A stretch of DNA of 62,995 nt, counting the filler, from Sanchytrium tribonematis (taxonomy: Eukaryota), in assembly GCA_018985235.1 (NCBI GenBank). It is 10 parts of 10 records of this genome, joined end to end, with 100 filler letters (N's around TTAATTAATTAA, not from the genome) between each part and the next. Parts side by side here need not be neighbours in the genome. Positions count along the whole stretch, not along the records: positions 41,781 to 45,961 come from JADGIG010000753.1; positions 46,062 to 50,235 come from JADGIG010000754.1; positions 50,336 to 54,504 come from JADGIG010000755.1; 7 more parts are not named here. One strand, written 5' to 3'. The notes beneath the pieces are model-generated. The model saw only the letters and a program-made list of their open reading frames with translations. It had not been told where the DNA came from and searched no databases. The position numbers and the translations under genes were made by a program. Positions 42,421 to 53,607 of this stretch are shown here, in pieces. Each line of letters opens with the position of its first letter. The first letter of the stretch is position 1.

Positions 42421-43416
42421 ATGAAACCTATTCTTCGCATTTGCATCTATTCCATTATTTTGATAATATTATACCAACTAATAAAACCCGCTGTTCAAAC
42501 TACTAAAGAAGAATCTGGAGACAATTATGAACCGATAATAAATGAGAACTTTCGTACAAATGGCTTCAAAGATAACAATAGCAGCGATAGTTTGGAGAAA
42601 TTTATCAAGTTAGTCAATATTCCACGAGTGTCTGGGTCTGATGGAAATAAAAAAGTGCGAAGTTTGGTTGTAGATCATTTAAAGAAGACGGGATTCGAGG
42701 TTGAATTAGACAAATTTACCGACCAAACACCAATTGGAGAAATTGATTTTGCTAATATTATCGGGAAAAAATTTAAAAACAAGAAAAAATTCAAGAATCA
42801 AAAAGCAATTATTTTAGCGGCTCATTATGATTCAAAATACTTCAAAGGACAGGAATTTTATGGTACTATAGATAGCGCCACTTCGGTCGGTCTATTAATG
42901 TCAATATCTGAAAAAATAAGCAAGTTGAAACCGTGTGATTCCAAATACGAGTTGTATTTGGTATTTTTTGATGGCGAAGAAGCTTTTGAAAAATGGACTG
43001 CAACAGATAGCGTTTACGGTGCACGTCATTTAAGTGAAAAGTGGAAGGGAATTATGGATGATTTTGAGTACATGATTTTGTTTGATCTTTTGGGCGCCAA
43101 AGATGCAGGGGATGGACATATTCGAAAAACGCCTTATTCTTATGATAAAATATACAAAAAATTACTACAAATTGACGAATCTGATGATTCTTATCAAATT
43201 TTGGGAGGTTCCACTTACAAACAATTTGATGACGACCACCGTCCATTTATGGAGAAGGGAATGAAAGTTGTCCATATTATTCCTCATGAGTTTCCGAAAG
43301 TTTGGCATACACTAGATGATAAAATTGATTTTGTGGACATGAATATAATGAGGAATTACGAAAAATTAACATGGCAATTCTTAATTAAAGAACTGGAACT
43401 TGAAGGCTGCCTTTAA
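42421..43416 (+). CDS. Glutaminyl-peptide cyclotransferase (M28 family) with N-terminal membrane anchor
   Basis: AAHYDSK, IDSA, FFDGEEAF..WT.TDSVYGARHL, FDLLGA, DDHRPF, FPKVWHT.DD. Confidence 0.92.
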   Translation: MKPILRICIYSIILIILYQLIKPAVQTTKEESGDNYEPIINENFRTNGFKDNNSSDSLEKFIKLVNIPRVSGSDGNKKVRSLVVDHLKKTGFEVELDKFTDQTPIGEIDFANIIGKKFKNKKKFKNQKAIILAAHYDSKYFKGQEFYGTIDSATSVGLLMSISEKISKLKPCDSKYELYLVFFDGEEAFEKWTATDSVYGARHLSEKWKGIMDDFEYMILFDLLGAKDAGDGHIRKTPYSYDKIYKKLLQIDESDDSYQILGGSTYKQFDDDHRPFMEKGMKVVHIIPHEFPKVWHTLDDKIDFVDMNIMRNYEKLTWQFLIKELELEGCL

Positions 43417-43431
43417 TAAATTAGTATTTAT

Positions 43432-45597
43432 TTACAAATCTTTGTCTGTCGATTCATTTTTCAAAAACTTTAAATCTTTTTTCTTTTTCTTATTTTCTTT
43501 TTTGTTTTTCTTCCGTTGTTCTTTTTCTTTGATTTCCTCTGGAGTTTTCGTACGTTTCTTTTTTTTCTTAGAAAATTCTTTATGCTCTTCTTCGAGCAAT
43601 ATTGGGCGTTTAGCGGATACACCGATTCTTTTTTTGTATTCCAAAAGTAAATTATCTCGTAATTCACAAGACGGGAAATTCGACATATCATAATATTTTA
43701 TGTTGACCTCCAGCAGCCAATTCTGATTAATCGGGGTACAAGTTCTAATATAATCCTGGGCAGTTTGAACCACTTCATTAAACATTACCAAAAATTCCTT
43801 CTTTTTCACGACACTGCTTGGATGAAGCTTGACATCTTGATTGTCTTTCACAGTTTTGTAAGATTTAGCAGTTCTGTTATAGTAAGCTACGAAACTAAAG
43901 AATCCTTCCAAAAGGCACTTTTTAATATTAATTTCATGAAGATTCTTGTTTTCCGGTTCCTTATAGTTTGACTTTTTCGGGAGATATTGCTTGAGTTGTT
44001 GTTTAATACGCACTGCACTATTTAAATTTCTCATATTAAGATAGTTTTCCCAGCACCACTGTTTTTTATCAGAAACTTGGATAAATTCTTTAAAAATATT
44101 TAAAAGTGTAAAGTGATCTCCATTTTGATCTTTAAAATGAGAATGGCAAGAATCAGCTTCTTCCCTTTTGTCAATTGGTCTAAGTAAACAATTTGGAACG
44201 CTAAGCATCGCGATGATGCTCAAAACATCTTCTACACAATCATATTTTGGTGCGGTTAGCACAATTTTCGCATATTCGGGGTCTAGTGGTAAGTCTGACA
44301 TCAAATGGCCTATTTCAGTCATCTGGCCGTCGTCGTCAATGGCTCCGAGATAATTTAGCATTTCTAATGCCCTGATTAAAGTTCCGGGACTAGGCGGATC
44401 CATGTAAGCAAAGTTGACGATATCATCGATGCCAATTTTGAATAATTGAAGAACCACATGCGTTAAATTACTTCTTTGCATTTCAGGATATGTTTGTGGT
44501 ATCAAATCATTAAACGAAGCTTCAGTGTACAATCGAAAACACTTTCCGGGTCTTGTTCTTCCCGCACGACCCGATCTTTGATTCGCGGAGGCTTTTGAAA
44601 TTGGAGTCACTTGCAATGATTGCATCCTCGTCTGTGGATTGTATGCCTTTTGTTTTACGAACCCAGGGTCTACCACATAAACCACTCCATCAACAGTAAT
44701 ACTCGTTTCGGCAATATTAGTCGCCACTACACATTTTCGCGAGGTTTTAGATGCGGGCAAAAAGATTTTTTTTTGCTCGGCAGGATTGAGTTGAGAATAT
44801 AATGGCAAGACAGTTATGGGCTTCAAAGATTTGCAAGACTGTCGGATTCTTTGACAAGCGTCTTCAATTTCGTCTTCACCTGTCAGAAAAACTAAAATGT
44901 CACCTTCATCCTCATATTCATGAATCAGTTTGACAGTTTCAATACTGGACTCTAAATAATCTTTTTGAGGCTTGTCGGCGTAAAATATGTCTACAGGAAA
45001 TGTTCTTCCTGGAATTTTTAATAGTGGTGCGTTGAAAAATGTGCTAAATTTCTCCGAATCCAAGGTTGCACTCATCACGACAATCTTGATGTCCTCTCTT
45101 TTGGTCAGAAGCTCTTTTAATACCCCCATTAGGATGTCAGTAGCCAAGGTCCGTTCGTGAGATTCATCCAAAAGTATAACTTTGTATTTGAGAAGTAAGG
45201 GGTCTGTCATGGCTTCTCTCAACAACATTCCATCCGTCAAGTAAATTAGTTTAGTCTTCATGCAAGTCATGTCCTCAAATCTTATTTTATATCCACATTC
45301 TTTTCCCAACTCAACATCCATTTCTGTTGCAACTCTTTCGGCAACACTCATTGCAGCGACACGACGTGGCTGAGTACAAGCAATAACGCCGCTTTCTTTT
45401 AAATAATGCTCTGCAGCGAACTGAGGCAATTGTGTTGTTTTACCTGATCCAGTTTCTCCGATAATGAGAAATACTTTATTATTGTCTAACATTTCAACAA
45501 ACTCGTTCTTATACTTATAAACAGGTAGTTTTTTGCGAGTCTTAAGTATTTCATCGTGTTTCTGCGAATATTTTGAAGTTGTGAAAGGATTTATCAT
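43432..45597 (-). CDS. PRP43: DEAH-box RNA helicase Prp43/DHX15
   Basis: INPFT...RKKLPV, GETGSGKTTQLPQF, DESHERTLATDILMG, SAT, QRSGRAGRTRPGKCFRLYTE; first ATG at 45597. Confidence 0.92.
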   Translation of the reverse strand: MINPFTTSKYSQKHDEILKTRKKLPVYKYKNEFVEMLDNNKVFLIIGETGSGKTTQLPQFAAEHYLKESGVIACTQPRRVAAMSVAERVATEMDVELGKECGYKIRFEDMTCMKTKLIYLTDGMLLREAMTDPLLLKYKVILLDESHERTLATDILMGVLKELLTKREDIKIVVMSATLDSEKFSTFFNAPLLKIPGRTFPVDIFYADKPQKDYLESSIETVKLIHEYEDEGDILVFLTGEDEIEDACQRIRQSCKSLKPITVLPLYSQLNPAEQKKIFLPASKTSRKCVVATNIAETSITVDGVVYVVDPGFVKQKAYNPQTRMQSLQVTPISKASANQRSGRAGRTRPGKCFRLYTEASFNDLIPQTYPEMQRSNLTHVVLQLFKIGIDDIVNFAYMDPPSPGTLIRALEMLNYLGAIDDDGQMTEIGHLMSDLPLDPEYAKIVLTAPKYDCVEDVLSIIAMLSVPNCLLRPIDKREEADSCHSHFKDQNGDHFTLLNIFKEFIQVSDKKQWCWENYLNMRNLNSAVRIKQQLKQYLPKKSNYKEPENKNLHEINIKKCLLEGFFSFVAYYNRTAKSYKTVKDNQDVKLHPSSVVKKKEFLVMFNEVVQTAQDYIRTCTPINQNWLLEVNIKYYDMSNFPSCELRDNLLLEYKKRIGVSAKRPILLEEEHKEFSKKKKKRTKTPEEIKEKEQRKKNKKENKKKKKDLKFLKNESTDKDL

Positions 45598-45740
45598 GTT
45601 TCTTAATATCTCCCATCTCCTTTCCAAATTTAAATGCAATTCCCGAGCATGAAGAAATAGCAATTAGCCCACCATAAGTGGGCAACCAACCTTATAAAAT
45701 GCGAAAATTCATACTTGTCACTCACCTTCCCAAATATCCC

Positions 45741-45960
45741 TTACATCACGAATATATCGTTTCTCAAAAAAGGATGGATACAGACTCAGAAATTCAAAGT
45801 ATCCTGTCGGTGCGTCCTCTTCGCTCTCATCATCAGTGCTGTAGTCATCAGAACAATTTCGCTTTCTTTTAGGCTTGAAGTTTGGAAATTTCTTGCAAAA
45901 CTGATGCTCTAAAATAATATTAACTTCTAGTGGTTCAAGTTTAATACCAAATGTGGTAGC
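45741..45960 (-). CDS. Possible 3' end of an unidentified gene
   Basis: Open frame from the contig edge with a basic (KPKRKR) and an acidic (DDESEED) patch, ending in TAA at 45743-45741. Confidence 0.35.
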
Positions 45961-45961
45961 C

Positions 45962-46061
45962 NNNNNNNNNNNNNNNNNNNNNNNNNNNNNNNNNNNNNNN
46001 NNNNNTTAATTAATTAANNNNNNNNNNNNNNNNNNNNNNNNNNNNNNNNNNNNNNNNNNNN
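45962..46061. other. Artificial contig spacer
   Basis: N44-TTAATTAATTAA-N44. Confidence 0.98.
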
Positions 46062-47750
46062 GTGTGGCACAATGCAAGAAAGAATGAAACCAGGCAATAG
46101 AGGTAAAAGAGACTCGCAAATGTTGATGATGCGATGGCTTAACAAATATTATTATGAAACAGGCATGAGTCCATTGGAATTGGAAATGACTTGGCACTGT
46201 AAATACCAAATTGGTGTGGATCCGAGTGAGTATGAGTATTGTTTGATGGTGGATGCAGATACGATTTTAACAAAACAGTGCTTGATGCCTTTAATGAGCC
46301 GTATGCACCATGATACTCAAATTATGGGTTGCTGCGGAGAAACTAAATTGCAAAATGAATCACAAAATATGGTCACGATGATGCAGGTGTATGAATATTA
46401 TATTTCTCATCATTTGAGCAAGGCTTTTGAATCTTTATTTGGAAGTGTCACTTGTTTACCAGGTTGTTTCTGTTTATATCGAATTAAACAACCCATTAAG
46501 AACAGTGGGAGCGTAGAATGTAATTTATTATTTATTTAGTGAAAGGAAAACCATTATTAATTTCTAATCAGATTATTTCTGATTATGGTACGAATGAAAT
46601 TGATACGCTGCATTTGAAGAATTTATTGAGTTTGGGAGAAGATCGTTATTTGACTACTTTAATGTTGAAATACTTTAATTATCAAAAAATGGTGTTTGTG
46701 AGTGATTCTGTTTGTTTAACAATGGCACCAGATCAATTTAAAGTTTTAAAATCTCAAAGAAGAAGATGGATTAATTCTACTGTACATAATTTAGCAGAAT
46801 TATTGAATTTGGATTCATTATGTGGATTTTGTTGTTTTAGTATGAGATTCATGGTTTTATTGGATTTGACGAGTACGGTGGTTGGACCAGTCGGTGTTTT
46901 ATATTTGGGATATTTGGTTGGACTCATTATTTATGGATTAATCACAAATACATTGGGATTCTTTCCATTGACCTCGTTTTTATTATTGAGTGCGATTTAT
47001 GGATTGCAAATGTTGATTTTTATTATTAAGCGAGATTTTCAACATGTTGGTTGGATGGTCATTTATATTTTTGCAATTCCTGTATTCCATTTAATTCTTC
47101 CATTGTATAGTTTTTGGCATTTTGATGATTTTACTTGGGGAAATACGAGAATGATTCAAGAAGATGGAAAGAAAATTGTGGTAAATGAGGGTGAATTTGA
47201 TGTGAATATGATTCCTCACAAGACTTGGAATGAATATGAAGTACAAATGAAGGAATTGCAGATTGAGCGAGGCACTGTGAATGCGCCACAACCAGGTGTG
47301 GAAAATACAAAACTTGGCAATTCTACTCAAAATAGTCAAACTTCTTTATTAGCGAAACCCTCTAATCAAATGAAATCTATGAATCGTCAAGTGAGTTGGT
47401 TTGTAGATGAGAATACACCTCAATCTAACAGAATGAGTATTTACAAGTCGCCTCAGCCTCAAAATAATTCAATGGGCCAAATGATAACTCCAACAGGTAT
47501 GGCTGTGAAATTGAGCACACCAACTACTCCAACTTCCAATAATAACAATTTGAATAAGAGAAGCATTTATGTAAATGATTTGCCAAGTAAAGAAGTGGAT
47601 GACGATTCCTTATTGAAAAGTATTGCAATTATTAAAAAGAATGGAGAATTTACTAGGAAACAAATACTGGTCATGTTGCAACAAGAATACATGTGTGAAC
47701 TGGGAAAGGATAGGATTTATGAATTACTCGATCAAATGGAATTGAAATAA
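46062..47750 (+). CDS. Chitin synthase, division 2 (class V/VII-like), 5' truncated; exons <46062-46519 and 46540-47750
   Basis: [72 protein letters not shown]-like C-terminus. Confidence 0.94.
46520..46539 (+). other. 20-nt GT-AG intron
   Basis: gtaatttattatttatttag, phase 1; joins the two chitin synthase ORFs in frame. Confidence 0.9.
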
Positions 47751-47800
47751 ATGATTTTTAATTAAGGCAAATTTTTTGTTTCAGCCCCGTAGGTCAAGAA

Positions 47801-50235
47801 ATGGAAGCGAAATGGATATCAATTTTGACAAAACTTCAATTTTCATTTGGACAGTCAGTGAAAAGTGAGATACCAAAAGAGATGGTAACATTCTTAGAAG
47901 GAAATGATAAATTGCAATTTGTGGCATTTGACAAGCAATTGAGGTGTTCTTCACGATTTATGCCAAATTTGGTGAATGTATATATTATCAAGGACCAGGA
48001 GATCACAATGGGAGTGCTACAGTGTAACCAATTTGATGCTGCATATAGTTTATATCAAGTCTATGGTAATTTGGTGGAAGATGCCTTTGTGAAGCAGCAA
48101 TTGGACAAAAGTGAAAAATATATTGGTCATATGACTATTAAAGAACGATTCAACATGGATTTGAAAACAGCTTCACAGCTCTCATTCCCTGAATTCGAGA
48201 AAGTGGGCGAAAAATGGTGCAATGAGCTTGAGTTGATTCTGTTAGAAAGTGAGCAGTTGCAAAAGCAGGATGACGAATTAACAGGACCCAGAGCAGAACT
48301 GATATACTGGCAACAAAGAGAGTATAAATTTAAAGAGATTCTCGACCATTTGGGGTCCGATATTTTTCGGAAACTCAAGGAGAAGCTTTATGAAGAAGTC
48401 AGCCCAGTGTATGAACACTTGTGCAGCCTGGAAAAAAAAATTCTTCATCACTATAGTGAAGCTCATGACAACAGTTCTTTCTTGGCACCGTTAGATGAGT
48501 ACTCCCAAGGACTTTGTAGCCTCAATTATGAGAAATTGCTTCATTCTATTGGACCCATCATGAATATTTTATACGCGGTGTATTGTGGCTCAAAATACTT
48601 TAATACAGCAGACAGAATAACCAGCCTTTTGATTAAAATCACAAACGAAATTTTATCAACCGTAAAAAAGATTTTAGCAACTAGACTAAAAAACAATTAC
48701 TACGAAGATGCAAAAACCTATATTGATGATTTGCCGAAGGTCTTGGAAATTTATAAAACCTATACTAGTGAGTTCCAACAAATCAAAATGAAATTGAGTT
48801 TGCAAGAAAGTTTGCCTAAATTTGAATTCAGTGAAATGTATGTTTTTGGGAGACTTGAAGCATTCACCAAAAGACTTAAGAAGATTGTTGATTTTTGTGA
48901 TACGATTCAAGTATTAGAAAATTTCAAATCAATTCACATAGATGGATTTGGTCCTTTGCTTAAAAAATATGGAACATTTCACAATCAAATTCTCCAGAAA
49001 AAGACGGAATGTTTGGACTACAAACGACCCGAATTTGACCAAGACTATGAGTTTTTAAAGTCTCAAAGTGGGATTCTCTTAGCTGATCTTCAAAGTCACT
49101 TTTCTTCCTTTGTACAAAGATATGAAGATGCTAAATTTATATTACTGAAATTAAAAACCATTGAACCTTTACAAAAGCACTTTGGTCTTGATTTCTCTCC
49201 TCAATTCGATTTGATGTTTTCAAGATTTGCAACAATTACTTTACCAAATGTGAAAAAACATTTTGATAAATATAAAGACGACCCAAGGCCTTGGAATCTT
49301 GATGACACTTTCACTATGGGAAAATTAAAATGGTGCAAATCGATGGTGGCATTAATTCAAAATCCGCTAGAAGCTTTGTGTACAATTAAAGATTTTTCTA
49401 ATCATCCTGATTACTCAAAATGTGTTAGAAATTACAATAAATTGATGAAGGCGATTATGGCTATTGAGAATATGGTTTTGGATCAATGGAAGTCTCAAAT
49501 AGACCATGCAGTTGACAGTTTATCAGCTTCCATATTTATTGTAGATGATAAGTGCACCTTCTATGTAAATTTAGATCCGATGATTGAAGATTATGTGAGA
49601 GAAGTGGAATATTTTCAGTCGAATGATTACTCTATTCCAGAAAACGTCATTGCGATTCTTGACGCTTGGCCAACAATCCTTCAGGTTAAAAAAGACCTAG
49701 AAGATATTGTAACGGAGAGAAATGTTTTGCTAAAAGATCACTGGACTCCCCTAAAAGACTATTATCTCAACTTTTCTAAGTATTTCGATAACAAATTGGC
49801 CTTGGGTATCATCTCAATCAATTGGAATTCCTTTTCATTAGTTAAATACACTCGAGAACTAAAAACGATTTTTGGCGACGCTCTTCTTGTAAAGTCGAGA
49901 ATCAACGAAATTATAAAAAATGCTGTAGAGCCCATACTTCACAAGTTATCCCACATATTATGGTTCATCGTCAGCCAAACCGACAAAGTTTCCGTCGGCA
50001 ATTACAAAGATGAATCTTTTAAACGTATAGGTAGATGTGTTTCCGCTGCAAACAATTTGATGTTACAAGTTGAGCAGTCTGGATTTACCATAAAAACCCT
50101 TCTTTCTAATTTCCTTAAGAAATTGGGTATCTTGACAGATGAATCTCTTTCAGTAACGTTTGAAAAAGTTCTTGGCCACTTGAAATCGCAAGTTGTGGAA
50201 AATCTTGTGTCTGGAATCAAATGGTCTATGGAGGA
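47801..50235 (+). CDS. Axonemal outer-arm dynein heavy chain (DNAH5/DNAH8, gamma-type) N-terminal region; 3' truncated
   Basis: GPRAELIYW, SKYFNTADRITSLLIKITN, FEFSEMYVFGRLEAFTKRL, LDYKRPEFDQDY. Confidence 0.85.
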
Positions 50236-50335
50236 NNNNNNNNNNNNNNNNNNNNNNNNNNNNNNNNNNNNNNNNNNNNTTAATTAATTAANNNNNNNNN
50301 NNNNNNNNNNNNNNNNNNNNNNNNNNNNNNNNNNN
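50236..50335. other. Artificial contig spacer
   Basis: N44-TTAATTAATTAA-N44. Confidence 0.98.
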
Positions 50336-50336
50336 A

Positions 50337-50756
50337 TATTTGACAACAGATACTCAAAATGGGAAATTGGTGGTATTTGATGAAGCCCATAAATATTTAC
50401 AGCCAAATGGAAAAGATGAATTAAGTGCGTCAATTATGACAGCAGTGCGTCAAATGAGACATCATGGGTTGCGTGTCGTGATTTCGACTCAAAATCCAAA
50501 ATCAATTCCACCAGAAATGATTGATTTAGTTAGTGTTGCATTTTTACATCGATTTCATTCTCCGGATTGGTTTCATTACTTAAAGAGTAAATTACCATTG
50601 GAAGATGAGCATTTTGATGATATTATGGCATTGGAGACTGGTAATGCATTGGTATTTTACGATTGGGATGAATTATTTGGAGGTGAGAAGTTTTGTGAAT
50701 TGGCGATTCGAAATAGATTGACGGCAGATGCGGGATATTCTAAAGTGAGTCATTGA
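50337..50756 (+). CDS. C-terminal part of a HerA/FtsK/VirB4-superfamily P-loop ATPase
   Basis: Walker B VVFDEAHKYL; arginine-finger region RQMRHHG followed by VVISTQNP; LETGNALVF; IRNRLTADAG. Confidence 0.8.
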   Translation, partial: YLTTDTQNGKLVVFDEAHKYLQPNGKDELSASIMTAVRQMRHHGLRVVISTQNPKSIPPEMIDLVSVAFLHRFHSPDWFHYLKSKLPLEDEHFDDIMALETGNALVFYDWDELFGGEKFCELAIRNRLTADAGYSKVSH

Positions 50757-50923
50757 ATAAATACAAATTAGTATTGAATTGGGATGATTTGATTTGAATT
50801 TGAGTTAATTGGAGAATTTCAAAGTTTTAAAAAATAATTTAGAGTATTTGATCAGTCAAAAAGTAAGTATTTTTAAGACATTAAAATAAAATTTGATCCC
50901 AATAATGGAATAAAGAAAGGATT

Positions 50924-51300
50924 TTATTGAAAGTATTGCTTTGTCTTTGATTTCTCTACTCCAAATACTTTATACTTTTCATCATCAATTTTAATCAAAT
51001 GAAATTGATCTAATAAATATTCCTGATTCTTTTGTTCTAAATGTAAATCCATCCACGCACCATCATATGCATCCCATTTAACTAATTTACCATCCATTTG
51101 TAATCCAAATATATCTTCATCAATCACTTGAATTTGAATGATAAATTCTATTGTTGATTGAATTACTGGCATTGTTAATAATACACCCTTGTAAAATATC
51201 GAGTGATGCATTTAGTATCCTGATTAATCAATACACAAAATGTATTCTTGTTATAAATGGAGAATCGACTAATTTTATCATGAATCTTGTAGTTTTGTGA
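50924..51300 (-). pseudogene. Degenerate tectonin-like paralog (last blades only, frameshifted)
   Basis: IQIQVIDEDIFGLQMDGKLVKWD...LDQFHL...VFG aligns with the C-termini of the neighbours; upstream similarity (FSIYNKNTFCVL) lies in another frame. Confidence 0.5.
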
Positions 51301-51403
51301 TAAATTGTCCCATTGTTTTGTCTTAATGGTTGCTGATATGAGATGATTGCTATGATTGGATCAATCATTTTGAAATTAAAAATATTTGATAATTTTATTT
51401 ATT

Positions 51404-52132
51404 TCATTTTGTGATTCTCTCGTTGCCATAAATTGTATATGTAGTAGAATCTTTTCCTTCTGTAATGTAAAAATTATCAAATTGAGTGTCAACTCCTGTT
51501 CTAACCCATGTGTGGTGTTGTCTATTCCAAATATAAATGTATCCAGAAGAAGTGATTCCAAATAAATTGTCACCTACTAATTGAATTTGACTCATTTGTT
51601 TTACGGATCTTAATTTTTTAAGCCCTTTACCAAAATCGAATTGCACGCTATAATTGACTAAATCGTCATTCATTTTGTAAATTGAAAGACAGTATCTGCC
51701 ATCACTTGTCATGGTAGAACTGCCTACATTTTGTTCACTCTTAAGAGTCTTTAACTTACCATTCAACATATTGTAAATGGCAAATTGATAGTTTGTGACT
51801 CCGGCAATCACATTTCCATTATTGGCCAAGTAAAATTGATCCAACTCAATGTTTTTGACACCTTCGTTTTGAAACCAATTATTTGTTGATGCATATTCAT
51901 TTTTGCACCAAATCTGACGTTTGTTGTTGCTAATGCAAATTCGAGTTCCTTGGAGGTCCATTGCAAAATGATGGACTTCCCCTGGTGCTTCTACTTTTTT
52001 CCATTCATTGTTTTTATCGTTGATATCCATGCAAAACAATTCATAATTGTGATTGTTTGCACAAATTGTAGTTCCAGAGACAGCATATCCAAATGCATTT
52101 TCAAGAGATATTTGTGAGTGAGAGAATTTCAT
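51404..52132 (-). CDS. Tectonin-like beta-propeller lectin, paralog 1
   Basis: Repeats of W...[IV]..[FI].[ML].G..IC....IWC; SQIQLVGDNLFGITSSGYIY; ATG at 52132 preceded by CCC. Confidence 0.72.
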   Translation of the reverse strand: MKFSHSQISLENAFGYAVSGTTICANNHNYELFCMDINDKNNEWKKVEAPGEVHHFAMDLQGTRICISNNKRQIWCKNEYASTNNWFQNEGVKNIELDQFYLANNGNVIAGVTNYQFAIYNMLNGKLKTLKSEQNVGSSTMTSDGRYCLSIYKMNDDLVNYSVQFDFGKGLKKLRSVKQMSQIQLVGDNLFGITSSGYIYIWNRQHHTWVRTGVDTQFDNFYITEGKDSTTYTIYGNERITK

Positions 52133-52319
52133 TGTTTTAAAAAGGGAGATGCGGTATTTGTAGTTATTTGATGCGTGCAAGTCATTTATGAGTGGGTGCA
52201 AGATACTTGCATCATTTCTGTGTATGGATGCAAGACACGTGCAGCTTGTCGTAGAGTGGTTGGAAAAGTGTTTTGCAATTCTGTTATTGGTAAATCAAAT
52301 AATGAAAGACCATCATTTA

Positions 52320-53006
52320 TTATTTTGAATCATCTGGTACGCCGTATGGAGTCAATGTAATTTCTCCATTTTGTGGTCGTTCAACAATATGAAATTGCTT
52401 AAATTTGTTTGGTAAAAATAATTCAAAAGATCCAGTTTCACTTCTTTTGTAAATTTTACCATCCTCTCGCAATCCAAAAATATTGTTGTTTGTTACTTGG
52501 ACTTGAGTATACCTATACCCAGAAGTCAATGTTAAAATGGTAGATTCTGGTTGTAATTGGCATTGAATGCATCCATCCGTGGAAATCACACAAAATCGAC
52601 CATTTGGTGCCACTGAAGAAGAGTTAATTGTTTTTTTTGTGGGACTTGATAGATGATTGTTGGCATCTCTTGTAACAAATTGTTTGTTTAAATCAATACC
52701 CGCAATGCCATCTTCGCTTAAATCAATTTGTTGCAAATATAAATTGGAAACTGGATTCCATCTTAAATCTGCAGATAATTTTTCAATATCGTTGCACCGT
52801 ACTCGATTTTTAGTATCTGTGTAACAGATTCTAGTTTTATAAACTGCAAATGATTTCCCCTTTTTGGCAATTCGAGTCATTCCTGTTCCTGTTTCTGCTA
52901 AATAGTCGCAATGCAATTCTAATGCAGTATTGGTAGCACAAATAAATGTATCTGATGCTGCATAACTTGTTGAATCTTTTAAGGAAGCAGATGATAAGAA
53001 ACTCAT
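52320..53006 (-). CDS. Tectonin-like beta-propeller lectin, paralog 2
   Basis: YAASDTFICATN, LQQIDLSEDGIAGID, TQVQVTNNNIFGLREDGKIY. Confidence 0.72.
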   Translation of the reverse strand: MSFLSSASLKDSTSYAASDTFICATNTALELHCDYLAETGTGMTRIAKKGKSFAVYKTRICYTDTKNRVRCNDIEKLSADLRWNPVSNLYLQQIDLSEDGIAGIDLNKQFVTRDANNHLSSPTKKTINSSSVAPNGRFCVISTDGCIQCQLQPESTILTLTSGYRYTQVQVTNNNIFGLREDGKIYKRSETGSFELFLPNKFKQFHIVERPQNGEITLTPYGVPDDSK

Positions 53007-53128
53007 TGTTTGTTTAAGGAACGACAGCTATTTATAACTTTTTGGAAATTAATAGACATGTGTGATTGGATACTGTGTGCGTGCAGAGGCGCTGTGATTC
53101 GACACAGGGTGATTGCAGAGTCTGTTAA

Positions 53129-53473
53129 TTAATTGGACAAGTGTTTTGCAAAACCCAAGGGACTTGATCCTTGAGGTTTTGATTGAAATATCCAAATGGA
53201 ACTCTGCAAAAGAAATCGAGATATATATTCATTAATGTAAAAAATTATTGCTTCTTGCCATACTCCATAAACTTCAAATCTTTCCGAATAAACTTTTCTT
53301 AATTTCGAACCAATTTTCTTGTCATGAATACTGATATAGAACTGTGAATATGAGCGTGCAGTATTAGATTTCAATGGCACTTTTGCCCATCCATTGCTTA
53401 GCACATAAATTTGGCCATCGGTTCCTAAGCCATAGGCTGTACCTCCAAATGATTAAACGCGAGTAATTTGCAT
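53129..53473 (-). pseudogene. Tectonin-like fragment with an in-frame TAA
   Basis: MQITRV*SFGGTAYGLGTDGQIYV...SQFYI...VYG; TAA at 53455-53453 where paralogs have Gln. Confidence 0.55.
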
Positions 53474-53607
53474 CGAGCCAGGTTTCTGGTTAGGTTTCTT
53501 CTGTGTATAAATGGCACAGATCGTTTTGCAGTTTTATGATTGGTGAATCATTCTGTGTCATTTATCGTGTTTTACACGTTGAAGTACGTTAAAAGTCATT
53601 CTATTTA

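Noticed and set aside
45725..45750. Candidate 19-nt intron gtaagggatatttgggaag upstream of PRP43
   Set aside because: G-rich, lacks the -6 A and T-rich pattern of the supported introns, and removal leads straight to a TGA; no homology support.
50337..50400. DEAH motif read as an RNA helicase
   Set aside because: Downstream motifs (R..R..G, STQ.P) fit HerA/FtsK-type ATPases; no SAT or QRxGRxGR motifs.
53453..53455. In-frame TAA at a Gln position, suggesting TAR-to-Gln reassignment as in Amoeboaphelidium protococcarum
   Set aside because: TAA and TAG terminate conserved genes at the expected C-termini (RPT2 GMYL-TAA, lectin KKFV-TAA, COQ7 TAG), and long genes have no internal TAR. A CAA>TAA nonsense mutation in a pseudogene is simpler.
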